A stretch of DNA of 64,000 nt from the NCBI RefSeq assembly GCF_006345805.1, contig NC_043024.1, forward strand, positions 15,438,001 to 15,502,000, written 5' to 3'. Made by a program: the position numbers and the translations under genes. The notes below the pieces were generated by a model. The model was given only the letters and a program-made list of their open reading frames with translations, did no database searches and had not been told where the DNA came from. Within the stretch, counting starts at the first letter, position 1; each line of letters begins with the position of its first letter. Shown here one piece after another: positions 24,030 to 36,900 of this stretch. The stretch is from Octopus sinensis (Eukaryota).

Positions 24030-24420
24030 GCAGGAGTGGCTGTGTGGTAAGTAGCTTGCTTACCAACAACATGGTTCCGGGTTCAGTCCCACTGCGTAGC
24101 ACCTTGGGCAAATGTCTTCTACTATAGCCTCAGGCTGACCAAAGCCTTGAGAGTAGATTTGGTTGATGGAAACTGAAAGAAGCCCATCGTATATGTGTAT
24201 ATGTATATGTGTGTGTGTTTGTGTGTCTGTTTCTCCCTCCAACATCGCTTGACAACCAATGCTAGTGTGTTTACGTTCCCATAACTTACCGGTTGGTATA
24301 AGAGACCGATAGAATAAGTACAAGGCTTCCAAAGAATAAGTCCTGGGGTTGATTTGCTCAACTAAAGGCGGTGCTCCAGCACGGCCACAGTCAAATGACT
24401 GAAACAAGTAAAAGAGAAGT
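24030..24420 (+). mobile_element. tRNA-derived SINE family F2, full length
   Basis: A box TGGCTGTGTGG, B box GGTTCAGTCCC, accttgggcaa core, internal TG microsatellite, tail gaaacaagtaaaaga. Confidence 0.85.
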
Positions 24421-24828
24421 AGAAACAGTACTGTACTGTATATATTTTTTATCATTTTTATAATTTGTATATATATTTGTTTTATTATAAATGCAAAACA
24501 TCACACACTCGCCTCCCGAGTTTCGTCTTCCATACAGTATGTGTGAGTCTGTGTTTACTCATCTATGGTACACTGCGTATTTTCTTTTAATATATTTTAA
24601 TTAATGTGTTATACAGTGCAGTACTGTATTTCTATTCATTAATTTTTAGGCATGAAAATGTTTATTTTACCTCAGAAATAATTGAAATCTAAAAAAATCT
24701 AAATACATGTCAGCCGAAAAACCTGCAATATACTGAGGAACCCACAATATAAATTTACATATATTAGCCAGAAAAATCAGTGTTATAGGTGAACCACAAT
24801 ATGGCAAGGGATTACTGTATATATGGAA

Positions 24829-25210
24829 GCACTCTGTCGGTTACGACGATAAGGGTTCCGGTTGATCCGAATCAATGGAACAGCCTGCTCGTGAAATTAA
24901 CGTGTAAGTGGCTGAGCACTCCACAGACACGTGCACCCTTAACGTAGTTCTCGGGGATATTCAGCGTGACACAGAGAGTGACAAGGCCGGCCCTTTGAAA
25001 TACAGGTACAACAGAAACAGGAAGTAAGAGTGAGAGAAAGTTGTGGTGAAAGAGTACAGCAGGGATCACCACCATCCCCTGCCGGAGCCTCGTGGAGCTT
25101 TTTTAGGTGTTTTCGCTCAATAAACACTCACAACGCCCGGTCTGGGAATCGAAACCGCGATCCTATGACCGCGAATCCGCTGCCCTGACCACTGGGCCAT
25201 TGCGTCTCCA
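24829..25210 (-). mobile_element. tRNA-derived SINE family F3, full length
   Basis: Head ggagacgcaatggcccagtggtcagggcagcgg...gtttcgattccc on the minus strand; copies at 27495, 39953, 51516. Confidence 0.85.
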
Positions 25211-25235
25211 CACTGTATATATACATATATCAGGT

Positions 25236-25390
25236 CACTCTTGAACACTACTGGTAACATGTAACCCAGTACAACCTGTTACATGTTTGGGTTGTCAGTG
25301 ACTAAATAGGCAACCCCACCAAGCTTGCTTGGTGAGGAGGGTAATTGTTGGACACCTAACGGAACAAAAATTAAGACTCATCAAAGAGTG
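25236..25390. other. Compact structured element: three hairpins inside a 7-bp terminal inverted repeat
   Basis: CACTCTT/AAGAGTG ends; stems AACATGTAAC/GTTACATGTT, GGGTTG/CAACCC, CACCAAGC/GCTTGGTG. Confidence 0.7.
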
Positions 25391-25770
25391 TAGATACTAA
25401 TGAGAAGTCAACGATCATTCAACAATGTGTGTAGTGTGTGTGTGTGTGTGAGTGTGGAATATATATATTGTATATTTTTAAACTTCTTTTTACATTTATA
25501 TTTATATTTTCATATTTATGATTCCTTTTATATCCCATTGATGTTGTTTATATATATTTTTGTATTTTTATTTCATTTATATCTTTAAAAAAATTTCATG
25601 CATATATATATATATTTAAACACTGACTTATGTATACATATATACCTATATATATATATATATATATATATATACTTTATTTTAAGCAGCAGAAAATAAA
25701 GCATATTACTCTACCACTGGTATTTGAGTACTCTTTTTTCCACCTTGTTTCACATTTATGTGTTTACTCC

Positions 25771-25816
<46 letters not shown>

Positions 25817-26277
25817 TACATACATACATACATACACACATGTATGCATATACATATACACACACACATATATGTATAAATGTATATATATATATATATA
25901 CCCACACACACGCACACATATATGTATACATATATATATATATATACATACACACACACATATATATATATATATACTTATACATATATACATACATAAA
26001 TACACGCACACAAATACATGATCAAATAGATTTCAAAGAGACCAGTTTTGCTCCGTGTCGGCAAGACTTGTGTCATTTAGTAAAAATCAATACAAAGAGG
26101 ACAGTAAAGATGCTGTGGGCAATCGAAAATTCAACGTTTCAAATAAAGATATTCTTCAGGGAACATTTTGAAAGGAGAAAAATTAATGTAAGACAGCAAA
26201 GTTTCACAACCTGTAAGTTAAACTGAGTGAAAGAGATGAAGATTAAGTATGCAGCAGGATGGTCGTGTGGTAAGAAG

Positions 26278-26690
26278 GCAGCTGGCAGAAACGTTAGCAT
26301 GCCGGGCGAAATGCTCAGCAGTATTTCGTCTGCCATTACGTTCTGAGTTCAAATTCCGCTGAGGTCGACTTTGCCTTTCATTTTTTCGGGCTCGATAAAT
26401 TAAATACCAGTTAAGCACTGGGGCCGATTTAATCAACTCAATCCCTTTGTCTGTCCTTGTTTGTCCCCTCTATGTTTAGCCCCTTGTGGGCAATAAAGAA
26501 ATAGGTATTTCATCTGCTGTTACATTCTGAGTTCAAATTCCGTCAAGGTCGACTTTGCCTTTCATTCTTTCGGGCTCGATAAATTAAGTACCAGTTATGC
26601 ACTGGGGTCGATGTGATCAACTTAATCCCTTTGTCTGTCCTTGTTTGTCCCCCTCTATGTTTAGCCCCTTGTGGGCAATAAAGAAAAAAA
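26278..26690 (+). mobile_element. SINE F1 partial dimer nested in an F2 SINE head
   Basis: Flanked by AAGAAG (26272-26277 and 26691-26696); F2 sequence resumes on both sides. Confidence 0.8.
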
Positions 26691-26854
26691 AAGAAGCTTA
26701 CATTCCCAACCCTATGGTTCCAGGTTCAGTCCCACTGCTTGGTAATTTGGGCAAATGTCGTCTACTACAGCCTCAGGCAGACTAAAGCCTCAGGAGTGGA
26801 TTTGATAGATAGAAACAGAAAGAAGCCCATTGAATTTTATACATATATACAAAT

Positions 26855-27475
<621 letters not shown>

Positions 27476-27494
27476 AGAACATATATCATCGTGG

Positions 27495-27836
27495 CATTCT
27501 ATCGGTTACGACGACCAGGGTTCCAGTTGATCCGATCAATGGAACAGCCTGCTCATGAAATTAACATGCAAGTGGCTGAGCACTCCACAGACATGTGTAC
27601 CCTTAACATAGTTCTTGGAGAAATTCAGCGTGACACAGAGTGCGTCAAGGCAGAAACAGGAAGAAAGAGTGAGAGAAAGTTGTGGTGAAAGAGTACAACA
27701 GGGTTTGCCACCACCCCTTGCCAGAGCCTCATGGAGCTTTAGGTGTCTTTACTTAATAAACACTCAGAAAGCCCGGTCTGGGAATCGAAACCACAGTCCT
27801 ATGACTGCAAGTTCGCTGCCCTAACCACTGCACCTC
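27495..27836 (-). mobile_element. SINE F3
   Basis: Homologous to 24829-25210. Confidence 0.82.
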
Positions 27837-27867
27837 CAGACACACACACACTCATATATATATATAC

Positions 27868-28312
27868 ATAAAACATTGATAATAGAACAAACATCAAATT
27901 CGAGTCAACGACTTTATATAATACCAAGCCTCCATACATTTCATCATATACAAATACGAGCAAAACGCCCCCCCCCCCCGTCCAATGGATGGTGCTGAGT
28001 TGTCAAACATTTAAACCAAATATTCTCAAAACAACTTGTCCCCCTTTGAGAAACACTGATTTAACCTAAATTTGAGACACCAGCAAAAGAAGAAATAAAA
28101 ATAGACTTTTTTTCTATTCCAAAGAAAAACGATTTTATTCACTTTATCGATCGCATTCTCACCTGGAATTGATTTTTGTAATTTTTTCAAGACTTATACA
28201 CGCCCTGATACCGTTGGTATCTACATATCAAATTTGAGCGCAATCGGATGGAGGATGCCGGAGATCCTAGAAGACACAGACACAGACAGACAGAACGGAT
28301 TTTATATAACAG
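27868..28312 (+). mobile_element. Probable Helitron-derived (Lep1/HINE-like) element
   Basis: 3' core tatcaaatttgagcgcaatcggatg...cacagacagacag...ttttatata resembles this class; by recognition only. Confidence 0.45.
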
Positions 28313-28394
28313 ATTACCATGGCCTTTCCCATATAAAAAACGGATACATATATATATATACACACACGCACAAATATATATATATACAGCTGTG

Positions 28395-28770
28395 ATACCA
28401 GTGCCGATGGCACGTAAGAGAACTATCTGAACGTGGCCGTTGCCAGCGCTGCCCCGACTGGCCTCTGTGCCGGTGGCACGTAAAATGCACCAACCGATTG
28501 TGGCTGTTGCCAGCCTCGCCTGGCCCCCGTGCCGGTGGTAGGTAAAAAGCACCATCCGATCGTGGCCGTTTGCCAGCCTCGTCTGGCACCTGTGCCGGTG
28601 GCATGTAAAAGCACCCACTACACGCATGGAGTGGTTGGCGTTAGGAAGGGCATCCAGCTGTAGAAACACTGCCAGATCTGACTGGGTCTGGTGCAGCCTT
28701 CTGGCTTCCCAGACCCCAGTTGAATCGTCCAACCCATGCTAGCATGGAGAACGGACGTTAAATGATGATA
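28395..28770 (+). mobile_element. RTE-type LINE 3' UTR fragment with about 60-bp subrepeats
   Basis: gccggtggcacgtaaaa..gcacc subrepeats plus the conserved tail. Confidence 0.75.
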
Positions 28771-29272
28771 TATATATATATACACACATGTATATTAGAA
28801 GGTTTGGAGATGATGTACAGGTATTTTATATTAGAAGAAATGAGGTACTCAGAAATTTGGATGGTTTTATATTTACAGATATTTATTTGTATATTACATG
28901 TTTTTATACATTATATATCATATATCATATATTAGCGCTTTTGTCCATTCTAGTGGAGTTTTCAAATTGAACTAAGTTCTTGGGGAAAATTTGACTATTT
29001 TTATAGTGTTATTGAGTGTGTAGAGGTGGGGAGAGATATAAGATAGTACAAGAGGGTGATGAATGGGGAGAAAGTGAGAGAGAGCATATGTGTGTGTGTG
29101 TGTGTCTTTGTATCTGAAACAAGTGTTAAAGAAAAAAAGGAAAAGAAGAAAAGGGAGAGAAAGAAGAAAAAATTGTTTTGTTTATTTCTTTGTAACTGGT
29201 CAGGCTGTTTACTCCAGGGGGGGGGCAAAATGTCACTTTTCTTACACACACATATATATATATTTATACACA

Positions 29273-29324
<52 letters not shown>

Positions 29325-29337
29325 CACATATATACAA

Positions 29338-29388
<51 letters not shown>

Positions 29389-29486
29389 TATATATATACA
29401 CATACACACACACATATATATATATACACATATATACAAACACACATATATATATATACACACACACACATATTATATATATATAT

Positions 29487-29517
<31 letters not shown>

Positions 29518-29542
29518 CACACACATATATATATATACACAT

Positions 29543-29608
<66 letters not shown>

Positions 29609-29619
29609 ATATATCAATC

Positions 29620-29993
29620 GTTGCTATTATGCAAACATAAGTCCAAACATTGCTTTTTCAGAAAACATAAAAATAGTTTCACCATACCATTTCTTTTTAC
29701 ATTAGCAACAGATTCAGCTTAACAGTAATACTTTGTTGGGGGCATAAAATCCTAACTCCATGCCTGTATGATATTTTCAGTCAGAAATATTCTTGCAAAA
29801 CTGTCATATGTGGGACTTACTATACTTTTGAAAAATGCTAAGTCATTGTACTACATTTTGACAATTTTTCATATCTTGGCATCTGAAGCAGCTGGAGATA
29901 CGATAGTTTGACCAAAAGAACTGGCTATCGCAAACAAAATTAAATACTGCAAAAATGCATTTGGCCAATTTGGACGTTTAACATAATAGCAAC
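29620..29993. mobile_element. MITE, copy 1 (TIR GTTGCTATTATG)
   Basis: gttgctattatg at the left and cataatagcaac at the right, 374 bp, in TA-rich flanks. Confidence 0.8.
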
Positions 29994-30133
29994 AATATAT
30001 ATATATTATATATATATATATATACACACACACACATATATATATACACATACACACACACATATATATATATACACATATATACAAACACACATATATA
30101 TATATACACACACACACATATATATATACACAT

Positions 30134-30166
<33 letters not shown>

Positions 30167-30189
30167 CACACACATATATATATACACAT

Positions 30190-30240
<51 letters not shown>

Positions 30241-30268
30241 AACACACACACATATATATATATCAATC

Positions 30269-30643
30269 GTTGCTATTATGCAAACATAAGTCCAAACATT
30301 GCTTTTTCAGAAAACATAAAAATAGTTTCACCATACCATTTCTTTTTACATTAGCAACAGATTCAGCTTAACAGTAATACTTTGTTGGGGGCATAAAATC
30401 CTAACTCCATGCCTGTATGAGATTTTCAGGCAGAAATATTCTTGCAAAGCTGTTGTATGTGGGACTTACTATACTTTTGAAAAATGCTAAGTCATTGTAC
30501 TACATTTTGACAATTTTTCATATCTTGGCATCTGAAGCAGCTGGAGATACGATAGTTTGACCAAAAGAACTGGCTATCGCAAACAAAATTAAATACTGCA
30601 AAAATGCATTTGGCCAAATTTGGACGTTTAACATAATAGCAAC
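30269..30643. mobile_element. MITE, copy 2 (tandem duplicate, period 649 bp)
   Basis: Near-identical to 29620-29993, including the upstream microsatellite pattern. Confidence 0.8.
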
Positions 30644-31707
30644 AATATATATATATATATATATATATGTAAGGGCTTCTTTTCAGTTTTTGTATACCAA
30701 ATTCACTCATAAGGTTTTGGTAGATGGAAACTGAAAAGACACCCAAGGCATGTGTGTGTGTGTGTATGTTTATCCCTCATCTGGTTTTTCTGTGTTTATG
30801 TCCCTGTGACTTAGTAGTTCAGCAATAAGATAATGATAGAATATGTAAAATAATTTTTTTAAAAACAAGTACAGGGGTCAATTTGTTTTAAGTAAAATTC
30901 CTCAAAGCAGTGCCCCAGTATGGCCACAGTCAAATGACTGAAACAAGTAAAAAGAAAAAAACGTGGGTGTCTTGTAGAACAAGCCAGATGGAACTGTTAT
31001 AGGACAAAACTTAGCAGTGCAACAAACAGGGATCATTAAAATAAAAGTAGCAGACTTCTAGACATGTATTGGGATTATTATAATTGACCTTCAAGGCAGT
31101 GTCCCCGGATGGATGCAGACCAATGACCGAAGCTTGCTAAATGAATTTGTTTTATATTTCCCTCACCCGTACTGTAATACATCCGCAAAAAATCTCAATA
31201 TTATATCAATGACATAAAATATAACTTAAAAATCTAACAAACAAAATAAGAAAAATATCCAAACAAACACTAACGAGGCAGCTAATTAATTGGTCTCATG
31301 ATTAGTTCAGTTGTATATTGGCAGAAGTAATGATAATCATAATATGAAAAAAAATGTGGAAATAAAATTGAAAAAGAAGAAATGTTAAAAAGTTACAGAA
31401 GAAAAATGAAATTAATATTTCAAATAAAGAAATATATAAATAAGTCAAATAAATGAATAAATAATTAGGATAATTCAATAAAGAATTTTTATTTTTTAAA
31501 TTGAATTTAAAATCTTTTTTTTTTTTTTTTACAATTAAAAATAAACATTGATGAATTCCCAGAATTTAATAACAATACGGAGGAGAAGTAATGTGATTAG
31601 GAAACTCAATACGAGAAAATTTTTTAGAAATACTTTTTGGGGTAAAAAATGAAATTTTATTACTGAGAGGAAACCAGCAAGATTTTGACAGAAAAGTGCA
31701 ACATTTC

Positions 31708-31942
31708 TTATTTCTTTACTGCCCACAAGGGGCTACACACACAGAGGGGACAAACAAGGACAAACAAGGAGATTAAGTCAATTATATCGACCCCAGTGCA
31801 TAACTGGTACTTATTTAATCAACCCTGAAAGGATGAAAGGCAAAGTCGACCTTGGCAGAATTTGAACTCAGAATGTAGTGACAGACGAAACACTGCTAGG
31901 CATTCTGCCCGGTGTGCTAACGTTTCTGCCAGCTCGCCGCCT
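31708..31942 (-). mobile_element. SINE F1
   Basis: Homologous to 10802-11024. Confidence 0.8.
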
Positions 31943-32304
31943 TACAAGCGCAACGTTTTTGTCTACATGTGGAGCTATAACAGGCCCTCCATCGGTTACG
32001 ATGACAAGCACTCCAGTTGATCCAATCAACGGAAGAGTGTCTGAGCATTCCATAGACATTTTTTGTTGCATCTAGGGAGAATCTTCATGCAAATATTCAC
32101 ATAAAGAATCTTGCAAACTATATACAAAAACACCATAGAGACTGTAGCAGCACAAGTAGTCAGCGCCATATTGGATGAGATCTCGCGACAGCCATTGCCA
32201 TCTCCAAGACTGAGAATATGTTGAATAAAATCATAATTAACTGATCCCCCTGTATTTTCTTTAACCCAAAGGCAGGAACTTTTCAGCAGCCCCTTGTACA
32301 TAGG

Positions 32305-32690
32305 CACAGGAGTGGCTGTGTGGTAAGTAGCTTGCTTACAAACCACATGGTTCTTGGTTCATTCCCACTGCATGGCACCTTGGACAAGTGTCTTCTACTA
32401 TAGTCTCGGGCCAACCAAAGCCTTGTGAGTGGATTTGGTAGATGGAAACTGAAGAAGCCCATCGTATATATGTATGTATATGTTTGTGTGTCTGTGTTTG
32501 TCCCCCAACATTGCTTGACAACCGATGCTGGTGTGCTTACGTCCCTGTAACTTAGTGGTTTGGCAAAAGAGACCAATAGAATAAGTACTAGGCTTACAAA
32601 GAATAAGCCCTAGGGTCGATTTGTTTGACTAAAGTCGGTGCTCCAGCATGGCCACAGTCAAATGACTGAAACAAGTAAAAGAGTATAAAA
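32305..32690 (+). mobile_element. SINE F2, full length
   Basis: Homologous to 24030-24420. Confidence 0.85.
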
Positions 32691-33317
32691 GAGAGTATAG
32701 GGCAGCTAAAAACCCATGCTGTGTCACAGCTTTGATCACTGTGGCCAGCATCTCTTCCTGACACCGTTCAAGCGGCCATCTTAAAACACATGTAATTATT
32801 GCAAATGGCTGCTTATCAAAGCTGTTTGTTTAAACAGTCTAATGACAAACCTCACCTTTTTCTTTATGTAACAGGGGTAGACTTTCGAAAAAATATAAAA
32901 CCCTTGGTGATAAAACAAGTCTCCAAAACATTTCTTTTATGCACAACACTCTTGAAATAAGATATTTACTATGTGAAGCAGTGTGAAACCTGACTATTCA
33001 CAGCCAGTAACAATAGTAATAATAATAATAATAATAATGATAATAATAATAATAGTAATAATAGTAGTAATAATACTAATTATAATAATACTATCAAAAG
33101 CTCTAGTCTTCGATCTTACACAAATTATCAAGTAGTTCTCACATGCTCTCTACCGATTAATCACTAGACATGTAGGTGCCTGCTTTCTTCTGTAGTTTTC
33201 TATGTTCAATAAAATCATAATTAAGCGATACTTCTGTATTTTCTGTTACTCAGAGCCAGGAACTTTTCAGCACCACCCTGTACACAGAGCGGCTAAAACC
33301 CATGCTGTGTCGCAGCA

Positions 33318-33680
33318 CAGGAGTGGCTGTGTGGTAAGAAGCTTGCTTCCCAACCATGTGGTTCCAGGTTCAGTCCCACTGCCCAGGTTCAGAGCCCCCT
33401 TGGGAAAGTGTCTTCTACCATAGCCCCAGGCTGACCAAAGCCTTGTGAGCGGATATGGTAGATGGAAACTGAAAAAAGCTCACCATATATGTGTGCGTAT
33501 GTATTTTTTCGTGTGTCTGCATTTGTCACCCCACCGTCGCTTGACACTTATGTTCATGTGTTTACATCCTTGTAACTTAGTAGTTCGGCAAAAGAACACA
33601 ATAGAATAAGTACTATGCTTACAAAGAATAAATCCTGGAGTTGATTTGTTCAACTAAAGGCAGTGCTCCAGCACTGAAGA
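33318..33680 (+). mobile_element. SINE F2, full length, more diverged
   Basis: Homologous to 24030-24420. Confidence 0.8.
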
Positions 33681-33990
33681 AAGTAAAAATTAAGTGACCC
33701 TCCTGCCTTTCCTTTTATCCAAAACCAGGAACTTTTCGGCACCCCTTCATATATACAGCATGATCATTATCATTCATTTTAATGTTCCTTACTCCATAAT
33801 TGCATGTCTCAGAAAGAATTCATTGAGGCAAATTTTCTACAACCAGACACCAACTCTCACCCATTTCCAGACATGTCTTTCACAGAAGACTGGAAACAGA
33901 CAGCACCACTTGTATGACAGTGATGCTTGTTTACAGCTTTCACATATGACAAGCCAAGACATCACAAATACACATACACACCCATATATA

Positions 33991-35235
33991 CATGGTGCGT
34001 AAGGTGTTCAAGAGGACATACCTCTTTTGGGTCACTGCTGCATTTTTGCTAACCCTATATAATCTTTGTTTCAGAAAATAATAATGGCAGACCCTCAGCT
34101 TACTCAAGAAATGGATAGGCATGCTGTTATTATGGTTTTAATAGCGATTTAGAAATATCTCGATTTTCAAAAGTTGCCAGATCTTTCATCTACAAAGTTT
34201 GTAAGGAGCTGGAGACTGAAGATGGAAACGTATCACAGGTATCAAAGCAAAAAAGCATTCTAAATGCTCTGGAATCATTAAAACACCTGAATTCATCTAG
34301 CAAGTTCAACAGACCATTGATTACAGTCCCAGAAAGTCCATGAGGTCATTTTCAAAAGTTCTCAATGTATCAGAAGGAACAGTCAGAAATGTTGTCCATG
34401 AAGACATCAGATATAAGTCTTATATGATGAGGAAAGGTCAGTTTGTCAGAAAAGGCAAAAGAAAATCACATCAGATTTAAAAGGCTCTTAAACAAACTGA
34501 AAAATCCAGTAGAAGAAGATTTGATTTGGTTTTTCTCAAATGAGAAAAACTTTGACCAAGATCAAAAAGTTAATAGAAGAAATAACAGATGGTTATGTGC
34601 AGACCCTTCTGAAGTTCCAAGTATTATGCACACAAAATTTCTTGCAACTGTCATGGTTTTAGGGGTTGTCAGCAGTAAAGGACATTTGATGCCGCCTTAC
34701 TTCTTTCCACAAGGCCTTAGAGTTAACTCTGCTGCCTACATTGAGGTCTTGGAGATAATTGTTAAGCCCTGGATAGACAGTGTATGCAATGGAAGGCCAT
34801 GTATTTCAGTAAGACTCTGCACTATGACACATGGCTCTAGTAACACAGGAAGGGAAGCTTGAAAATTTTCATGATCACATAACCTCTAACATTTAGCCTC
34901 CTAATTCCCCAGATCTCAATCCATTGGACTATTACATGGGGAGCATTGTTGAGAGAGAGGTCAATGAACACACCCATAACACCAAAGATTCTTTGAAAGC
35001 TGCCGTAGTCAGAGTAATGTCCAAAATGAACCAGGACCAATTGATTCGAGCATGTAGGTGATTTAGATCTCATATAGAAGCAGTTGTTGAAGCTGAAGGT
35101 GGCTTTATTGAATAACATTATAGAAAAGAAGGTTTATTTTTATCCTCATAGCATTTTTTGATAAATAAAGTTATTATCTGTTATATATGTTTTTTTATAA
35201 ACATAAATCTGTCCTCAGATATTTTACGCAACTTG
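33991..35235 (+). mobile_element. Degraded maT (DD37D) transposon, second subfamily
   Basis: TA|CATGGTGCGTAA ... TTACGCAACTTG|TA termini. WFFSNEKNF, and D-SAL*HMALVTQEGKLENFHDHITSNI*PPNSPDLNPL-D, which counts 37 residues between the D's. Confidence 0.9.
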
Positions 35236-35439
35236 TATATATACATACACTCATATATATCATGGGCTTCCATCCACCAAATCCACACACAAGGCATTGG
35301 TCGGCTCAAGGCTACAATTAAAAACAATTGCCCAAGGTGCCATGTAGTAGGATTGAATCCAGAACCATGTAGTTGAGAAGCAAACTGCTTAATCACACAT
35401 ATATGTCTACATGTGAAGCTATAACTAGTACTCCATGGT

Positions 35440-35930
35440 TATGAGAATGAATATTCTATTTGATCCATTCAACAGAAGAGCCTGCTCAAAAAATTAACAT
35501 GCAAGTGGCTGAGTACTCCACAGTCATTCAAGTCATTTAAAGTAGTTCTCAGGGAAATTCAGCATGACAAGGTTGGTTCCCTTTTGAATTACTGGTACAA
35601 CTCGTCTTTGCCAGTTGAGTGAAGTGGGGCAATGTGAAATAGAGAGTCTTGCTTAAGGATGCAATGCATCACCAGGAATTGAACACACAATCTCATGAGT
35701 GTTCCAGTTGATATGAGCAATGGCATGGCCAGCTTGAGAAATTAACGTGCAAGTGGCTGAGTACTCCACAGACATTGTAGTGCTCAGGGAGATTAAATGT
35801 GACAGAGTGTGTCAAGGCTGGTCCTTTGAATTACAAGTACTACTCATTTTAGCCAGCTGAGTGGAGCAAAGTGAAATAAAGTGTCTTGCTCAAGGACACA
35901 GCACATTGCCAGAAATTGAACATATTGTCT
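35440..35930 (-). mobile_element. Two tandem partial SINEs sharing the F3 3' module
   Basis: aaattaac-tgcaagtggctgagtactccacag occurs at about 35490 and 35740. Confidence 0.7.
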
Positions 35931-36163
35931 TATGTTTGGTTGTAATGACCATCCACATCATTTAACGTCCATTTTCTATGCTGGCATGGGTTGGACATTT
36001 TGACAGGACTATTAATTCCAACTCTGAGGTGTATTTTGTTTTGGTAGAAATAGTTATTGGTAAGTTACTTATGGAATAAGTAGGTCAGCTTTCACACGAA
36101 GATGAATTTGGAGGACCCAAAATTCCATGTGAAATGCAGCCGGATTTAGAAAGATAGTAATGA

Positions 36164-36344
36164 TTTACATTATTTACATTTCACGGATATTTGTTCTCAT
36201 CATGTTTGTTGTTAACACGTTTTGGCTGATATACCCTCCAGCCTTCACCAGGTGTCTTGGGGAAATTTCGAACCTGGGTTCTCGTTCCTAAGGTATTTTT
36301 CGATGTTATTATTGTTATTATCATTATCATTATTATCATCATTA

Positions 36345-36375
<31 letters not shown>

Positions 36376-36603
36376 AATTATTATTATTATTATTATTAAT
36401 TATTATTATTAATTATTGTTATTAATTATTATTATTATTATTAATTATTATTATTATTAATTATTATTATTATTATTCAGGTCACTGCCTGAAAGCGAAC
36501 TTGGAATCTTGGGGTTAGTAGCCTGTGCTCTTAACCACTATGTCAAACAAGATGAGGACAAATATCAGTCAAATGCAAATAATTCCTCATCTCTTAAATA
36601 TAG
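36164..36603 (-). mobile_element. ORF-less family A cassette: tRNA-like head, (AAT)n, hammerhead, tail; inverted tail segment at its 5' junction
   Basis: Minus 36544-36164 matches 42584-42815. Hammerhead 36214-36256 has A6 to G and G12 to A changes. 36544-36603 is the tail on the + strand. Confidence 0.85.
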
Positions 36604-36629
36604 ATAGTATGATGATTGAATCTTACACA

Positions 36630-36900
36630 TCATCATAATCATCATTTAATGTGTTTTCTATGCTGGCATGGGTTGAATGGCATGACAAGTGTTGGCAAAG
36701 CCAGGGGCTGCACCAGGTTCCATAGTTTGTTTTAGCCCAGATTCTACAGTTGGGATTCCCTTCCTAATGCCCACCACTTTACATTATGTAGCATCAGCAT
36801 CAGTATTTTTTTATGTGGTACCAGCATCAGTGCTTTTTACATGACACCATCACCAGTGCTTCTTACGTGGCACCAGCATCAATGCCTTTTACAAGGTACC
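36630..36900 (-). mobile_element. RTE-type 3' UTR fragment
   Basis: Reverse complement of the tail family with gtggcaccagcatc subrepeats. Confidence 0.6.

Noticed and set aside
32875-32960. Acceptor-like site followed by GVDFRK, reminiscent of the Rab switch motif
   Set aside because: Only five residues match, there is no good donor, and no other GTPase exons were found.
34213-34234. GA-CTGAAGA-TG-GAAA-CGT-A-TC hammerhead-like string
   Set aside because: No helix II and only a 2-bp helix I, inside maT transposase coding sequence; likely chance.
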